Source: Eledone cirrhosa
Lineage: Eukaryota
DNA: 64,000 nt
Direction: 5' to 3'
NCBI GenBank assembly: GCA_964016885.1
Contig: OZ024760.1
Location: 16,368,001-16,432,000, forward strand
Shown: in pieces, positions 11,694 to 26,214 of the stretch
How the letters are laid out: every line of letters starts with the position of its first letter
Numbering within the stretch: position 1 is the stretch's first letter
Notes under the pieces: generated by a model
What the model was told of the DNA's origin: nothing
What the model saw: the letters and a program-made list of their open reading frames with translations, nothing else
Databases searched by the model: none
Translations under genes and position numbers: made by a program

Positions 11694-12622
11694 GTCCTGC
11701 AGGACTAAAAACAAAACCTGTCAAAGGGCAAAGGAACTCTTAAGAGTCAATGGCCATCCAAAATCACCGGGAGAGATGACCCCCTTAGCCTTTGTCAAGG
11801 CAGAATTCTAGGAGAAGGAAAACTCTGATATAACACCTGCAACCCTGATGGTATCCAATGATGTTGACTTTCTCTTCTTTTTGGTAAATATCATCTTGGT
11901 TAAGAGAGTGGGACTGGCTTTGTGCAGTGCCTTTGCTCACTATAAAAGCTTCACGGCACAGGCATTGCTTTATATCTGGAGATCTCTCTGCACTTGTCGT
12001 CACATGGTACCATGGGCCCAGCACTATGTGTCAATAATTGTCACAGGTGTAGTGTTTGTACCAGAGTTTGTACCAAGTCGTTGGCTGGACTAAAAAGTCA
12101 CACTCGTTCAGCGCATCGGTAGGGGTTCTCCTACATGGATATAAAGTAGTGGCCATACTCGAAAACGACTTAGCAGCCACCACCATATATATATATATAT
12201 ATCAATGCTGTTATATGGATCCGTCTCATTTAGGCTTATACTTCAGTGTATTCCAGGGCTAAGGCAGCTGTATCTATAAATGTGTGTGTGCAAATATATA
12301 TATGCGTATATTTATATATATATACGTGTGTGTGTGTATTAATATATGTATGTGTATATATCAGACTGGTTCCTATGTAGTTTCTGCCTACCAAATTCTA
12401 CACACGAGGCTATAAGTAGAAAAAAACATGCCCAAGTTTTCACTGCTAGCAAGGGTATATATATATATTCGACTTCCTCCATCTCTTAATTATATACGGC
12501 CCTTGCCATTCTGAGTTCAAATCCCGCCGAGGTTAACTTTGCCTTTCATCCTTGCGGGGTCGATAAAATAAAGTACCAGTAATGCACTGGGTAATTTCTG
12601 GCCTTTTTCCAAAAGTAGAAAC

Positions 12623-12687
<65 letters not shown>

Positions 12688-13516
12688 ACCCGAGGCCCAG
12701 CGGCTGAGCTCTTGTTTATATATTTATATCATTACTATTTTACGTGTATTTTCCAAGCTGGACAGAAGAGCGTCTGCAGGTGAAATTACAGAGTACAAAG
12801 GCTCACTATTTAAATGAATATATATATATATATACACACACACACATATATACAAACAACACATGTTTGTATATATAACATTCGGCTAAAGAGTAAATTG
12901 AAAATGCAATTATTTGTTTATCATTAAAAATAATTACGGTGGCATTTATCTGGTATTTCTGATTTGAGGGAGAAATAACTGCTATTTCTAGCATTTTCCT
13001 AATGATATATATTTTTTATTGTTTGAGCATTGTTTCTAGGACAGAAATTACCACTTAGACGTCAACAAGCAGAGTAAAAAAAATGTTCTTTAAAACAATT
13101 CAGGTAACAGTCAAAGGGAGGTAATTTGTAAACTTGGTTGAAAGCAGACGACATCTAATGTTGAAGAGATGCACACACGCACACGCCTAATGTATTTGTG
13201 TGTGTGATGTCTGTCGGAGTGTGTATTTCTATATTTAATTTTGCCCATAATAAACTTTTAATCCCACATTTTTTAACTCTTTTAAATAACAGACAACCTT
13301 GAAATAAATCAAAAACTTTTTATAATAATAAAAACAAACATACACACACATGTATGTGTGTGTATGTTTGTAAGTGTGTGTGTGCTGAGTATTGACCAAC
13401 TTTAAGCCCAATATTTATTTAACTATTAAATATACCTAACAGATAAGCTTCTTGAAATATATTTAAAAAAAGATTGAGAACCCTGTATACAAATGTTAAG
13501 GCGACTTCAGGAAAAT

Positions 13517-13559
<43 letters not shown>

Positions 13560-14505
13560 AATGGAAAAGAATGAAACGAAATTTCATGTCACACTCTTAG
13601 TACGGCTAATACCTAAATATAAGCATGTATACGTACAAACATATATGCTTATAAATATATATATATATAACCAAATGAAAATATATATGTTTATATATAG
13701 AGAGAAAGAGCCATATATTGTAAAAGAAACACAGTATATTGTATATACACCAAATATATTCTATAAAAGAATAAGTATATAGGTGGAATCATATATATAT
13801 ATATATCAGAAGATCCCGTTAAGGGTGAAAGCAGCGATTCTTTGCTTAAACTTTAATCTGTTATTTTAATAAATATATATATATATATATATATACGCAT
13901 ATATATGTACACATATATATATATATAATGTATATATATATATATATAATGTATATATAAAGTGGTTCAGTAGATTCGTGGTTTACTGAGGAAGGTACGA
14001 AAATCATCAATCTATGTTATGGCAGAGTGTATATATTAAAAGCAAAACGAGGTTTCACATTAAGGTCTTTGTATAATCAATAAAGAATTTAATGTAAATA
14101 TATGTTATATATATACATATATACATATATATCTATTCAATTATTCAATAGTACATTTCTTGCATCAAGATATCTCAACATGGAAATTCATCTTTTATAC
14201 ATGTGTGTGTGTGTATAAATATTTATACACGCTTTTCTTTTCCTGAAGTGTGTATATAAAATTCTGTATATCGTCCTTCTGATATTTCTAACATTCTATA
14301 ACATTTGTAAATATGAAGGAGACATGACTAGACTATCATTTTTAACATTTTCCTATATATAGTTTTTTCTTATGAGGCAGCTGTTTCGATGTTGACGTCC
14401 GCAAGTAAGGGAAAAATTTCCTTAAAGCAATTCAAAAAAAAAACAGTCAAAGGGAGCTAATTCGGATGGAAGCAGGCAACATCTCAACTGCACACACGCA
14501 CATGT

Positions 14506-14549
<44 letters not shown>

Positions 14550-14590
14550 TACAAATATTAATATAATAGATGTTCTTTTGATCAATTAAA

Positions 14591-14641
14591 TTTTATTATA
14601 CATATTTCAGAGGTACAACAGTACGTCCTCATCAGACAAAA
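14591..14641 (-). ncRNA. Minimal type I hammerhead ribozyme motif
   Basis: Near-identical to the 54625-54675 copy (one C>T leaving a G-U pair in stem II). Confidence 0.72.
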
Positions 14642-14740
14642 TATAATTGTTTCTACTTTAGGCACAAATCAGACAAAATATAATGATACATGACATACAC
14701 TGAAATCAAGGTAGAGATTAACCTAAGAGAAAATTCAACA

Positions 14741-14794
<54 letters not shown>

Positions 14795-14848
14795 TGTATG
14801 TGTGGTGTGTGTTTGAGCGCTTCTTTTGTATTTGATCATATTATACGT

Positions 14849-14887
<39 letters not shown>

Positions 14888-15193
14888 AATATACACATAT
14901 ATACTTACATATATACATACATAAAGTTGTGCGCTAATCGGCCGAATGAACAGAAGTAACTGAAACTGTGTATATATGTATATAAATCTATATATTTCAC
15001 ACTTATAAACATGTAAATATTCCAAATACGTATTTATGTAATTGTGAATATTAAGAAAATGGTAAATACCTTCAACTAGCTTCCAACCTTAGTTGGGCTT
15101 CCATCAAACGGTATGTATATCCTTTGTATATCATTTTAAACATCCATTATTTCATTATTTCACATACATATATTATGTGTGTATGTATGTTTG

Positions 15194-15263
<70 letters not shown>

Positions 15264-15694
15264 AGTATGAGCCTGTGTATGCATATATGTATCTCCACAA
15301 AAACAAATCGCCGAAATAAATAATTATTGGGTTCGATTTAATCCACTCTTAATCGATTAATCCTTGTGCCTTCGTGTATGAATAGTGGAGAGTATATAGA
15401 CACATAATTTAGACACATAATGTCCAAAAATATGCTCCATACTAAACATGACACACACACTTACATAGATATGTGTGTATATGTGTTTGCGGGCTTATTT
15501 TAATGTGCGTGTGTGGGTTTGTTTGCGCGCGTATTCACATGTTGTATAGTGTTTGTTTTGCTATGTCTGTGTAAACATAAGACTTTATATTTGTTGAAGA
15601 ATTGGAGGAAATAAAAAGGAAAATAATTTTAATATAAGTTTTCAGTCAATTATTTTCAGCATTGAATCAATATTTCGTTAAGTTTCAATCGCTA

Positions 15695-16412
15695 CGGAGA
15701 TGGGACAAGCTAACATCCATATGACAATATAGAGGGGACAGGCTACCATCTGTATGACGCTATATTGAGGACAAGCTACCATCTATATGACGCTATATAG
15801 AGGGGACAAGCTACCATGTATTTGACGCTATATAAATGTGACATGCTACCATCAATACGACACTATATACTGGGGACAGGCTACCATCGATATGACGCTA
15901 TATAAACGGGACAAGCTACCATCTATATGACGCTATGTAGTGGTGACAAGCTACCATCGATATGACGCTATATAGTGGGGGGATATGCTACCATCGATAT
16001 GACGCTATATAGAGGGGGACATGCTACCATCTATATGACGCTATATAGAGGGGGGGACATGCTACCATCGATATGACGCTATGTAGTGGTGACAGGCTAC
16101 CATCGATATGACGCTATATAGAGGGGGGACATGCTACCATCTATATGACGCTATGTAGTGGTGACAGGCTACCATCGATATGACGCTATATAGAGGGGGG
16201 ACATGGTAACATCTATGACGCTATATAGTGGTGACAGGCTACCATCGATATGACGCTATATAGAGGGGGACATGCTACCATCTATATGACGCTATGTAGT
16301 GGTGACATGCTACCATCTATATGACGTTATATACAGCGGGGCAAGCTACCCTCGATATGACGCTATATACAGCGGAGGCAAGCTACCCTCTAGATTTAGT
16401 GGAGACAGGCTA
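15695..16412 (+). repeat. 35-bp satellite array (GACGCTATATAG family), variant 1
   Basis: GACGCTATATAGAGGGGACAWGCTACCATCKATAT units. Confidence 0.9.
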
Positions 16413-16814
16413 CCTGTGTATGTAAGCAGCTTGTTTGTATTTGTTTACAATCTGCTTTAAAAATAATTACGCGGACATTTGTCTGCTATTACAAGTATTT
16501 TCCTAATTATAAATATATTTTAAATTATCAGGCTGCTGTTTCTAACACTTAGATTAACCCAGTAGGTCCACAAGCAGGGTAAAACATCTCTCGTAAACAA
16601 TTCATGTATCGATCAAAGGGAAGTAATTTGTACAAATTGGTTGAAAGCAGACGACATCTGATGTTGATAAAATACACACACATACACATGTGTTTGTTTG
16701 TATTTCAATGTTGACCATAATAACATTTTACTCCAACATTTATTTAGCTATTTTTAATACCAAAATGACAACCTTGAAATAATTTAAACCGTTTTAATCG
16801 TTCTAAAGGTGTTT

Positions 16815-17112
16815 GTCACCCTATATATGTCGTCGTTCTCTAGGTGGTGGTTCTGCCCTGTATAGAGCCATAAGATGGTTGCCTGCACCCTCTATATAGC
16901 GTCGTTTGACGGTAGCTTATCCCACCCGTGTAGCGTCATGTAGATGGTAACTTGTCCCATCTATATAGCGTCATGTAGATGGTAACTTGTCCCATCTATG
17001 TAGCGTCATTTGATGGTCGCTTATCCCAACTATATAGCGTCACGTAGAAGGAACTTGTCCCATCTATATAGCGTCATGTAGATGGTAGCTTGTCCCAACT
17101 ATATAGCGTCCT
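16815..17112 (-). repeat. 35-bp satellite array, inverted
   Basis: Reverse complement of the same unit. Confidence 0.85.
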
Positions 17113-17687
17113 ATACTTTACAACGATATCTCGATTTAATGCTTAAAAAATTCACTGAAAAACATATTAAAACTGTCTTCCAGTTTATATCTTCCATTTC
17201 TTAAGCCAATATAAACCAGCGTTCTTTTACACATACATATAGCAAAACACACTAACACAGACACGTGAACAAACACACACACACACACATTAATAAAGAT
17301 ACGTACACAAACACACATATCAATAAAGATACGCGCACACACATACACACATGAAAGTACGCGCGGAAGCAAGCACGTTAGTAAACATTTGCGCGCAAAC
17401 ACACATATATACGTACGTGCCTATATAGGGCTTGTGTCGTTTTTAATATGGAATAATATATTTACGAACAATGTGTATGTATACATTCAGTTACTCATAC
17501 ACGAAGTCACCAGAATTAATCAATTAAGTGGATTAAATCGGACCCAATAAGTTATACATATATATATACACACATATATACATACATATATATATACACA
17601 CATATATACATACATATATATATACACACATATATACATACATATATATATGTATGACTTTTTCTGTTTTCAACAGAAACTTCAATA

Positions 17688-17757
<70 letters not shown>

Positions 17758-18014
17758 TGTAATAGATAACATAAGATAATTATTTTATTTACCACTGGAT
17801 ATACATACACACATAAATATATGTAAGCGATATAATGGATGTTTATATACAAAACTATACAAAGGATATACATACCGTTTGATGAAAGCCAGTTAAAGGT
17901 ATTTAACCATTTTCTTCTTAATTCTCAAGAAAATGTGTATTTGTATGTTTACATGTCTATAAATTAAAAATGTATAAACACACACATACATATATACATA
18001 TATATATGTGGGTG

Positions 18015-18545
18015 TTTCTTCGCCCTCTTATTCCTGAGAATAAGGGTCGTGGGAGAAGAGTCCTCAAACACTCCTTCCAACGGGTCCTGTCAGAAGCAAC
18101 CATCTCCAACTGATATGGCTGTATCCCCAAGCGAGACCAGTCAAACTCATGGATGTTATCCAACCATCTTGCTTAGGGTCTTCTCCTGGGTCTCCTGCCT
18201 GTTGGTTTTGACCATAAAAATCTATCCAACGATTCTTTCCTGAGACATTCTAACAACATGCCCATAGTATTGGAGTTGTGATCTCTCAGTTCGGAGAAAT
18301 AGCAGCTCTCCCCGGAGTGCCTCTCTGATCTCCAAGTTACGCACTCTATCGAGTAACATTACTCCAAAGACCCGTTGGAGGAATCCCGTTTCGGCCGCTT
18401 GTATTCGCGATCGTATTCTTTCGGTCATTACTTTAAGATCCATGTCCATAGGTAAGGGTCAGCACGAATACCGAATTGAAGATAGCAAGTTTGGCTTTTG
18501 CACCTACCTTCCTTCCTTCTGATTACCGAATGCTGAAGCTGGTCC
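18015..18545 (-). mobile_element. RTE-type LINE 3' fragment
   Basis: MTERIRSRIQAAETGFLQRV.G..LLDRVRNLEIRE.L...ERSQLQYYGHVVRM...DRTRWKECL. Confidence 0.8.
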
Positions 18546-18779
18546 TTTACTGCACCAATATATATATATATGTACGAATAATTTTGCTTCCCGTATTTTG
18601 TTTTGTTTTGTTTAAAATATAAACACATATATATACATACATATAGAAACAAATACATGTGTATGCGTGTATTTACGTTCAACATCACCAAATTACCTCC
18701 CTTTCACCGTTACTTGAATTGAGCAAGATGGTTGGATAACATCCATGAGAATGGCTGGTCTCGCTTGGGGATTCAGCCG

Positions 18780-20062
18780 CATCAGTTAGCAGGGACCCAT
18801 CTATATGACACTATACGGATCAGTTAGCAGGGACCCATCTATATGACACTATACGGATCAGTTAGCAGGGACCCATCTATATGACACTATACGGATCAGT
18901 TAGCAGGGAACCATCTATATGACGCTATACTGGGGTGACAGGGAACCATATGACGCTATATATTGGTGACAGTCAACCTTCTATATAACGCTATACTGAT
19001 ATGGCAGGGAACCATCTATAAGACGCTATACAGAGGTGGCAGGCAACCTTCTTTATGACGCTATATCGTGTGGCAGGTAACCCTCTTTATGACGCTATAT
19101 AGTGGTGGCAGGTAACCCTCTTAAAGACGCTATACAGAGGTGGCAGGTAACCCTCTTTATGACGCTATATAGTGGTGGCATGTAACCATCTTTATGACGC
19201 TATATAGTGGTGGCAGGTAACTCTCTTTATGACGCTATATAGTGGTGGCAGGTAACCTTCTTTATGACGCTATATAGTGGTGACATGTAACCCTCTTTAT
19301 GACGCTATATAGTGGTGGCATGTAACCCTCTTTATGACGCTATATAGTGGTGGCAGGTAACCCTCTTTATGACGCTATATAGTGGTGGCATGTAACCCTC
19401 TTTATGACGCTATATAGTGGTGGCATGTAACCCTCTTTATGACGCTATATAGTGGTGGCAGGTAACCATCTTTATGACGCTATATAGTGGTGGCAGGTAA
19501 CCTTCTTTATGACGCTATATAGTGGTGGCATGTAACCCTCTTTATGACGCTATATAGTGGTGGCAGGTAACCTTCTTTATGACGCTATATAGTGGTGGCA
19601 GGTAACCTTCTTTATGACGCTATATAGTGGTGGCAGGTAACCCTCTTTATGACGCTATATAGTGGTGGCATGTAACCCTCTTTATGACGCTATATAGTGG
19701 TGGCAGGTAACCTTCTTTATGACGCTATATAGTGGTGGCATGTAACCATCTTTATGACGCTATATAGTGGTGGCAGGTAACCATCTTTATGACGCTATAT
19801 AGTGGTGGCAGGTAACCTTCTTTATGACGCTATATAGTGGTGGCAGGTAACCTTCTTTATAACGCTATATAGTGGTGGCAGGAAACCTTCTTTATGACGC
19901 TATATAGTGGTGGCAGGTAACCTTCTTTATGACGCTATATAGTGGTGGCAGGTAACCTTCTTTATGACGCTATATAGTGGTGGCAGGTAACCTTCTTTAA
20001 GACGCTATATAGTGGTGGCAGGTAACCCTCTTTATGACGCTATACTGATGTGCCAAGCTGCC
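18780..20062 (+). repeat. 35-bp satellite array, variant 2
   Basis: GACGCTATATAGTGGTGGCAKGTAACCHTCTTTAT, about 35 units. Confidence 0.95.
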
Positions 20063-20292
20063 ATCATCTGCTTTCAAACAATTCGTGCGATTACTTCCCT
20101 TTGACTGTTCCTTAAATTACGTTAAGGAAAAAAAAATGTCTACTCTGCTTGTTGACATCTACGTGGTCAATATAGTTATATAGTTACTAGTAATAGGTAA
20201 TAATAACTAAATAATTGTTTCTATTTTAGGCACAAGGCCAGCAATTAACCAGTGCATTACTGGTACTTTATTTTATCGACTCCAAATAATAA

Positions 20293-20341
<49 letters not shown>

Positions 20342-21967
20342 AGTGTATATAGATATAGGAACATATTAGAAAGAACAGCCAACTCCCTAATATTTACAAA
20401 ACCTGATATGGTTTTAATGATGACAAACAAAATTTATATATTCAATTTATGACTCTATGCTGAGGTGACAAGCTACCATCTAGAATCTAGATGATATAGA
20501 TATAGACGCATGTTTTAGTAGTAAGGGTATTGGATTTACCATCATAATGTCGTGGGTTCGAATCCTGGACTCGGTTGCATGTTGTGTTCTTGAGCAAAAC
20601 ACTTCATTTCACGTTGCTCCATTATATTCAGCTGAAAATGAGTACCAGCAATAGCTAAGGGTTTAACCCTGCGATAGACTGGTGCCCTGTCCAGCGGCCT
20701 AACGAGCTTTCTGGCTTGAGACAGACTTATATAGATGTCAGGCTATTATTTATATGACGTCTTTTTATCCTTTACAAAGTCGATAAAATAAAGTACCAAT
20801 TGTTGACTTTGTGCCTAAATCAGAAACCATTATTAATAGATTTGGAGTCGATAAAATAAACTACCAATTGTTGAAATTGTGCCAAAATCAGAAACAGTTA
20901 TTTATATGACACTATATAGATTTGTAGCTTAGTGTCAATATATGGGACAATACTCTATACAGTACGTCGGTCATACGACTGTCATTTTAACACACGCTAA
21001 CAGATAGACATATTTGAAGTAAAGATAGCTGTTGTTTTCTGGTTGTTGTTATACAAATGTTTGTTCATGGTGCCAATCCATTGTGTTTGCGTTGCCATTC
21101 ATTCTCTACAACAGTGTATTGTCAGAATTTAAGGACCGAAACACTCGCTCGTGGGTTGAGTTCTTCCCTGAAGACCTGCTGTCCAACTCTCCTGAGAGTT
21201 TCTTACCAGTCTTCTCACTTCTAGACTATGTAATGTTGGTCTTTTTAACTAATAAAATCATATATTCTCTGTAAAGTATTAGATATATGGTTTACCTATC
21301 ATATTGGGAGTGTTCAACGCTCTAATGTCTCTTCGTATATATATATATATAATTCAAATTAAAAGATATATGTATATATATAGAGAGAAAGAGCCATATA
21401 TATTTCTCTCTCTCTATATATATATATCAATTTGAATTATTGATGCTCTAGACAAATGTCCATTGAGCTTTCCTACCGAGAAACATAATCACCATACATA
21501 TATTACGATACCTTAAATTAGTATATATATATATATACATATATATATATACATATACGTGTGTGTGTGACTTAAGATTAAATGAGAAAAAACGCTAATC
21601 CCGGGAGTATAAACAAGATAGATGAAAACATTTTTCTATCTAACTTCGCTTATATTTAGATCTCCCTACTTAATTAATATATATATATCTATACTTTTGC
21701 TAATATATCTCCGGTGAAATTTTATTTTAAGTGGTAGCATTCCTGCAACAATTAATTTTCTTTATACACTAAAAATAAAAAAAATAATACATGACACACA
21801 AAAAAAGAACAGTACTAGAAATCTCATGCGTTATAAAATAGATAGGATGGGTTGGGGTCTCAATACATAAACTAAACGACTAATTCTGGTTTGTTAAAAA
21901 AAATCAACGGAGACAACCTAAAAAAATTACTGATTTTCGAACACCCACATCTATTGGGACTCGAGAG

Positions 21968-22592
21968 TAGAGGCGACAAACTGCCATATTAATGACGCTA
22001 TATAGATGGGACAAGCTACCATATTAATGACGCTATATAGATGAGACAAGCTACCGTATTAACGACGCTATATAGATGAGACAAGCTACCATATTAATGA
22101 CGCTATATAGATGAGACAAGCTACCATATTAACGACGCTATATAGATGAGACAAGCTACCATATTAACGACGCTATATAGATGAGCCAAGCTACCATATT
22201 AATGACGCTATATAGATGAGACAAGCTACCATATTAACGACGCTATATAGATGAGACAAGCTACCATATTAATGACGCTATATAGAGGCGACAAACTGCC
22301 ATATTAATGACGCTATATAGATGGGACAAGCTACCATATTAATGACGCTATATAGATGAGACAAGCTACCATATTAATGACGCTATATAGATGGGACAAG
22401 CTACCATATTAATGACGCTATATAGATGGGACAAGCTACCATATTAACGACGCTATATAGATGAGCCAAGCTACCATATTAACGACGCTATATAGATGAG
22501 ACAAGCTACCATATTAATGACGCTATATAGATGAGACAAGCTACCATATTAACGACGCTATATAGATGAGCCACCATAGACAAGCTACCATC
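21968..22592 (+). repeat. 35-bp satellite array, variant 3
   Basis: GACGCTATATAGATGRGACAAGCTACCATATTAAY, about 17 units. Confidence 0.95.
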
Positions 22593-23762
22593 GTCTGCTT
22601 TCGGTCAATTGTACTAATTACCTCCCTTTGACCCTTAATAGACTTGTTTTCAGGAAAATGTTCTAATGCTGCTTGTGGACGTTTACGTGGTCAATGCAGT
22701 TGCTAGAAATAGCCGCCAAACAAAATTATATGGATACAAAATTGCACAACCTTATATCTAGTAGAATGTTAGAAATAGTAGCCAAATCTTTTTTTTTTGA
22801 ATAATGCATATTTTTTTTTATTAAAATTCTGCAGATATAATTATTTGAATTTTATACGGTTAGAAAAATGTGATTAAGATTTGTTTACAATTTCTAGCAT
22901 TTTCTAACAAATTAATGATATGTCTTGAAAGAAATATTGTTATTTTTAGTGATGGCTAAAACATTATACTAGGTTATTTAACTTAGTGAAAAGTTGTGAT
23001 CTGGCTGTTATTTCTAGCACACACATACAACCATATGGTATGGTATGAACCCTTAACTCCTGGGGAAGTCATATATATATATATCCACCCTCCACTCAAG
23101 CGTGAAACTAATAACATTTTGTACTGCCTCTTCGCATCCACATTGATGTTTTTTTTGTTTACTGTTTCAACTATAAAATATATATATTCCTTTTGTGTTT
23201 TTCCTGATGAAGGGAAAATGATGAAGGGAAAATGCCTGATACGTTGACTATCTAACTCACTCTTCTTCCCCTAAGCATGAAACTAATACTTCATGTTATT
23301 GCATTTTCTTGTTTGCTTGTTTTGTTTGTTTTTTTGTTTCCTTGATTTATTTATATATATATATATGATCCCAACAGCTGAGCTCTTGCCATTTCAACAG
23401 CTAGTTCCAAACATATTACCACACTCTACTGGTGAGTTGATCTAACAAATTTGTACTGCATCCATTTTTATTTATATATTGTTGAACAAACGAGCAACGA
23501 TGGTTGCTGGACACTACGGCTTAATACGGGATGTTTGTTTACAAACACACCGAGCATTATAATAAATATTCGGTGAATCCATACGTACATATATATATAT
23601 ATGTGTGCATGTATGTATATATATATACATACTACTGTACGTCTGTATACATATATGTATGTACGTGTACATACTTATATTTAAGTAACAGCTGTACTAA
23701 GAGTGGGAAATGAAATTTCGTTTCATTTTTTCCGTTTATATATATATATATATATACATATA

Positions 23763-24072
23763 TCATCATACGTCCACTTTTTCCCTGCTTGCAAGGGTGG
23801 GACGGGAACTGATGCTGGCTTGATTTCTACAGCTGGATGCCCTTCCTAACACCAACCTCATTTACAGTGAGTGCTGGGTGCTTTTTTGCCGTGGCACCTC
23901 CACGACCACTTTGCAGTGAGTGGAATGACCCCAGTCCCTATCATTTCTACAGTTGAGTAAAATAAAGTATCTTGCGAAAGGTTGTGAGTTCAATTCTCAC
24001 CCGGTCTGAGAATTGAACTCACAACCTTTCGATTGCAAGGCCAATGCTCTAACCACTAAGCCATGTGCCTCC
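23763..24072 (-). mobile_element. SINE family A copy (internally rearranged)
   Basis: Reverse complement of family A, with a small inversion near the B box. Confidence 0.8.
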
Positions 24073-24134
24073 ATTATATATATATATATATATATATATA
24101 TTGGTTATTCACACACACACATATATATATATAG

Positions 24135-24166
<32 letters not shown>

Positions 24167-24171
24167 TTATT

Positions 24172-24206
<35 letters not shown>

Positions 24207-24346
24207 TGGTTATTCACACACACACATATATATATATAGTATATATATATATATATATATTGGTTATTCACACACACACATATATATATATAGTATATAT
24301 ATATATATATATATTGGTTATTCACACACACACATATATATATATA

Positions 24347-24385
<39 letters not shown>

Positions 24386-24390
24386 TTATT

Positions 24391-24425
<35 letters not shown>

Positions 24426-24691
24426 TGGTTATTCACACACACACATATATATATATATGTATATATATTTATATATATATATACACACAGATGAGTGAGA
24501 GGGAGGGACATAATTATTTTCACCATTATTCCCAGATATTTGGCAGCTTATCCCAGAGTCAGAATCCCCATCTTTCTAGCTGGTTTATCCATCAACACAG
24601 ATTGAATGGTTAAATGTTAAACTATATAGCCTCATGTTTATCTTCTTAAACCTACCAGCTATAATCAATCTGTTATGGCTGAACATAATAC

Positions 24692-25180
24692 TAGTAGTAG
24701 TGGTGGTAGTAGTGGTAGTAGTGTTGGTGGTAGTGGTGGTAGTAGTAGTAGTAGTGGTAGTAGTAGTAGTAGTGTTGGTGGTAGTAGTGTCGGTGGTGGT
24801 GGTAGTAGTGTCGGTGGTGGTAGTAGTAGTAGTGGTGGTGGTAGTGGTGGTAGTGGTAGTAATAGTAGTGGTAGTGGTGGTAGTAGTGGTAGTGGTGGTA
24901 GTAGTAGTAGTGTTGGTGGTAGTAGTAGTAGTGTTGGTGGTAGTAGTAGTAGTGTTGGTGGTAGTAGTAGTAGTGTTGGTGGTAGCAGCAGCGGTGGTGG
25001 TGGTAGTAATAGTAGTAGTGTTGGTGGTAGTGGTAGTAGTGGTGGTAGTGGTAGTGGTAGTAGTAGTAGTAGTGTTGGTGGTAGTAGTAGTGGTGGTAGT
25101 GGTAGTAGTGGTAGTAGTGGTAGTAGTGGTGGTGGTGGTGGTAGTAGTAGTGGTGGTAGTGGTGGTGGTAGTAGTAGTAG
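24692..25180. repeat. (GTA/GTG)n trinucleotide tract
   Basis: Direct reading. Confidence 0.95.
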
Positions 25181-25267
25181 AGGCTGAATTGGTGTGGTGC
25201 CAGGCTGAATTTTTCTGTTTGTCTCATTTATTGGATGATAGCCACAACTCCACCTTCCAGGGATTTC

Positions 25268-25405
25268 CTTCTCTATCGTATACCCCACCCCTTCTCTATC
25301 GTATACCCCACCCCTTCTCTATCGTATACCCCACCCCTTCTCTATCGTATACCCCACCCCTTCTCTATCGTATACCCCACTCCTTCTCTATCGTATACCC
25401 CACAC
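25268..25405. repeat. 23-bp minisatellite, 6 units
   Basis: CTTCTCTATCGTATACCCCACCC. Confidence 0.9.
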
Positions 25406-25458
25406 CTTCATTCACTCCAGTAATTATTTCATAAATTTCTACTTCTTGAATGGATAAG

Positions 25459-26040
25459 TTAACCCTTTAGTATTTACATTACTCTACATATACTACTGTA
25501 TTTTCACAGTAAAGGCTTTACCTCACATAACATTTACATTACTCTACATATACTACTGTATTTTCACGGTAAAGGCTTTACCTCACATAACATTTACATT
25601 ACTCTACATATACTACTGTATTTTCACGGTAAAGGCTTTACCTCACATTACTCTATATATACTATTGTATTTTCATGGTAAAGGCTTTCTTTACCTCACA
25701 TTACTCTATATATACTATTGTATTTTCATGGTAAAGGCTTTCTTTACCTCACATATGAGATTTCGATATTATTTAATTTGAGAACAATACCTTAACATAA
25801 ATATGAGCGGCTGGTTCAAACAGAAAGAGGTGAGAGAATTCTGGCCGGTTACAGCCGGTTTAACCCTTTAACATTTACATTTCTCTACATATACTATTAT
25901 ATTTTCACCCTAAAGGCTTTACCTCACACATGGGATTTTGATATTATTTATTTTGAGAACAATACCTTAACATAAGTATGAACAGCCAGTTACAGCCGGT
26001 TAGAATAGAAAGAAGTGAGAGAATTCTGGCCAGATACTAA
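25459..26040 (+). mobile_element. Tandem piggyBac-like MITEs with an internally amplified 50-60-bp unit
   Basis: Same family as the 33.5-kb cluster; other copies at 8730-8890, 28165-28362 and 62248-62464. Confidence 0.75.
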
Positions 26041-26214
26041 CCTCCTTAGTTGCTTCTTACAACATGCAGGGATACTGTGTACTTGTTTTAAACTGGACCT
26101 AAGCAATTTACATATATACGCATGTGTACACACACAATTATATATATATATATATTCACCACTGGATAGAACTGGTCATTCTGCATAGTTAACCATATTT
26201 TACTCTATAATATC

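Noticed and set aside
11690-12182. Possible coding fragments of moderate GC content
   Set aside because: Stops in the plausible frames; it resembles decayed LINE 5' sequence but I could not assign it with confidence.
24634-25434. Poly-V, Gly/Ser and His/Tyr ORFs
   Set aside because: (GTA/GTG)n microsatellite plus a 23-bp minisatellite.
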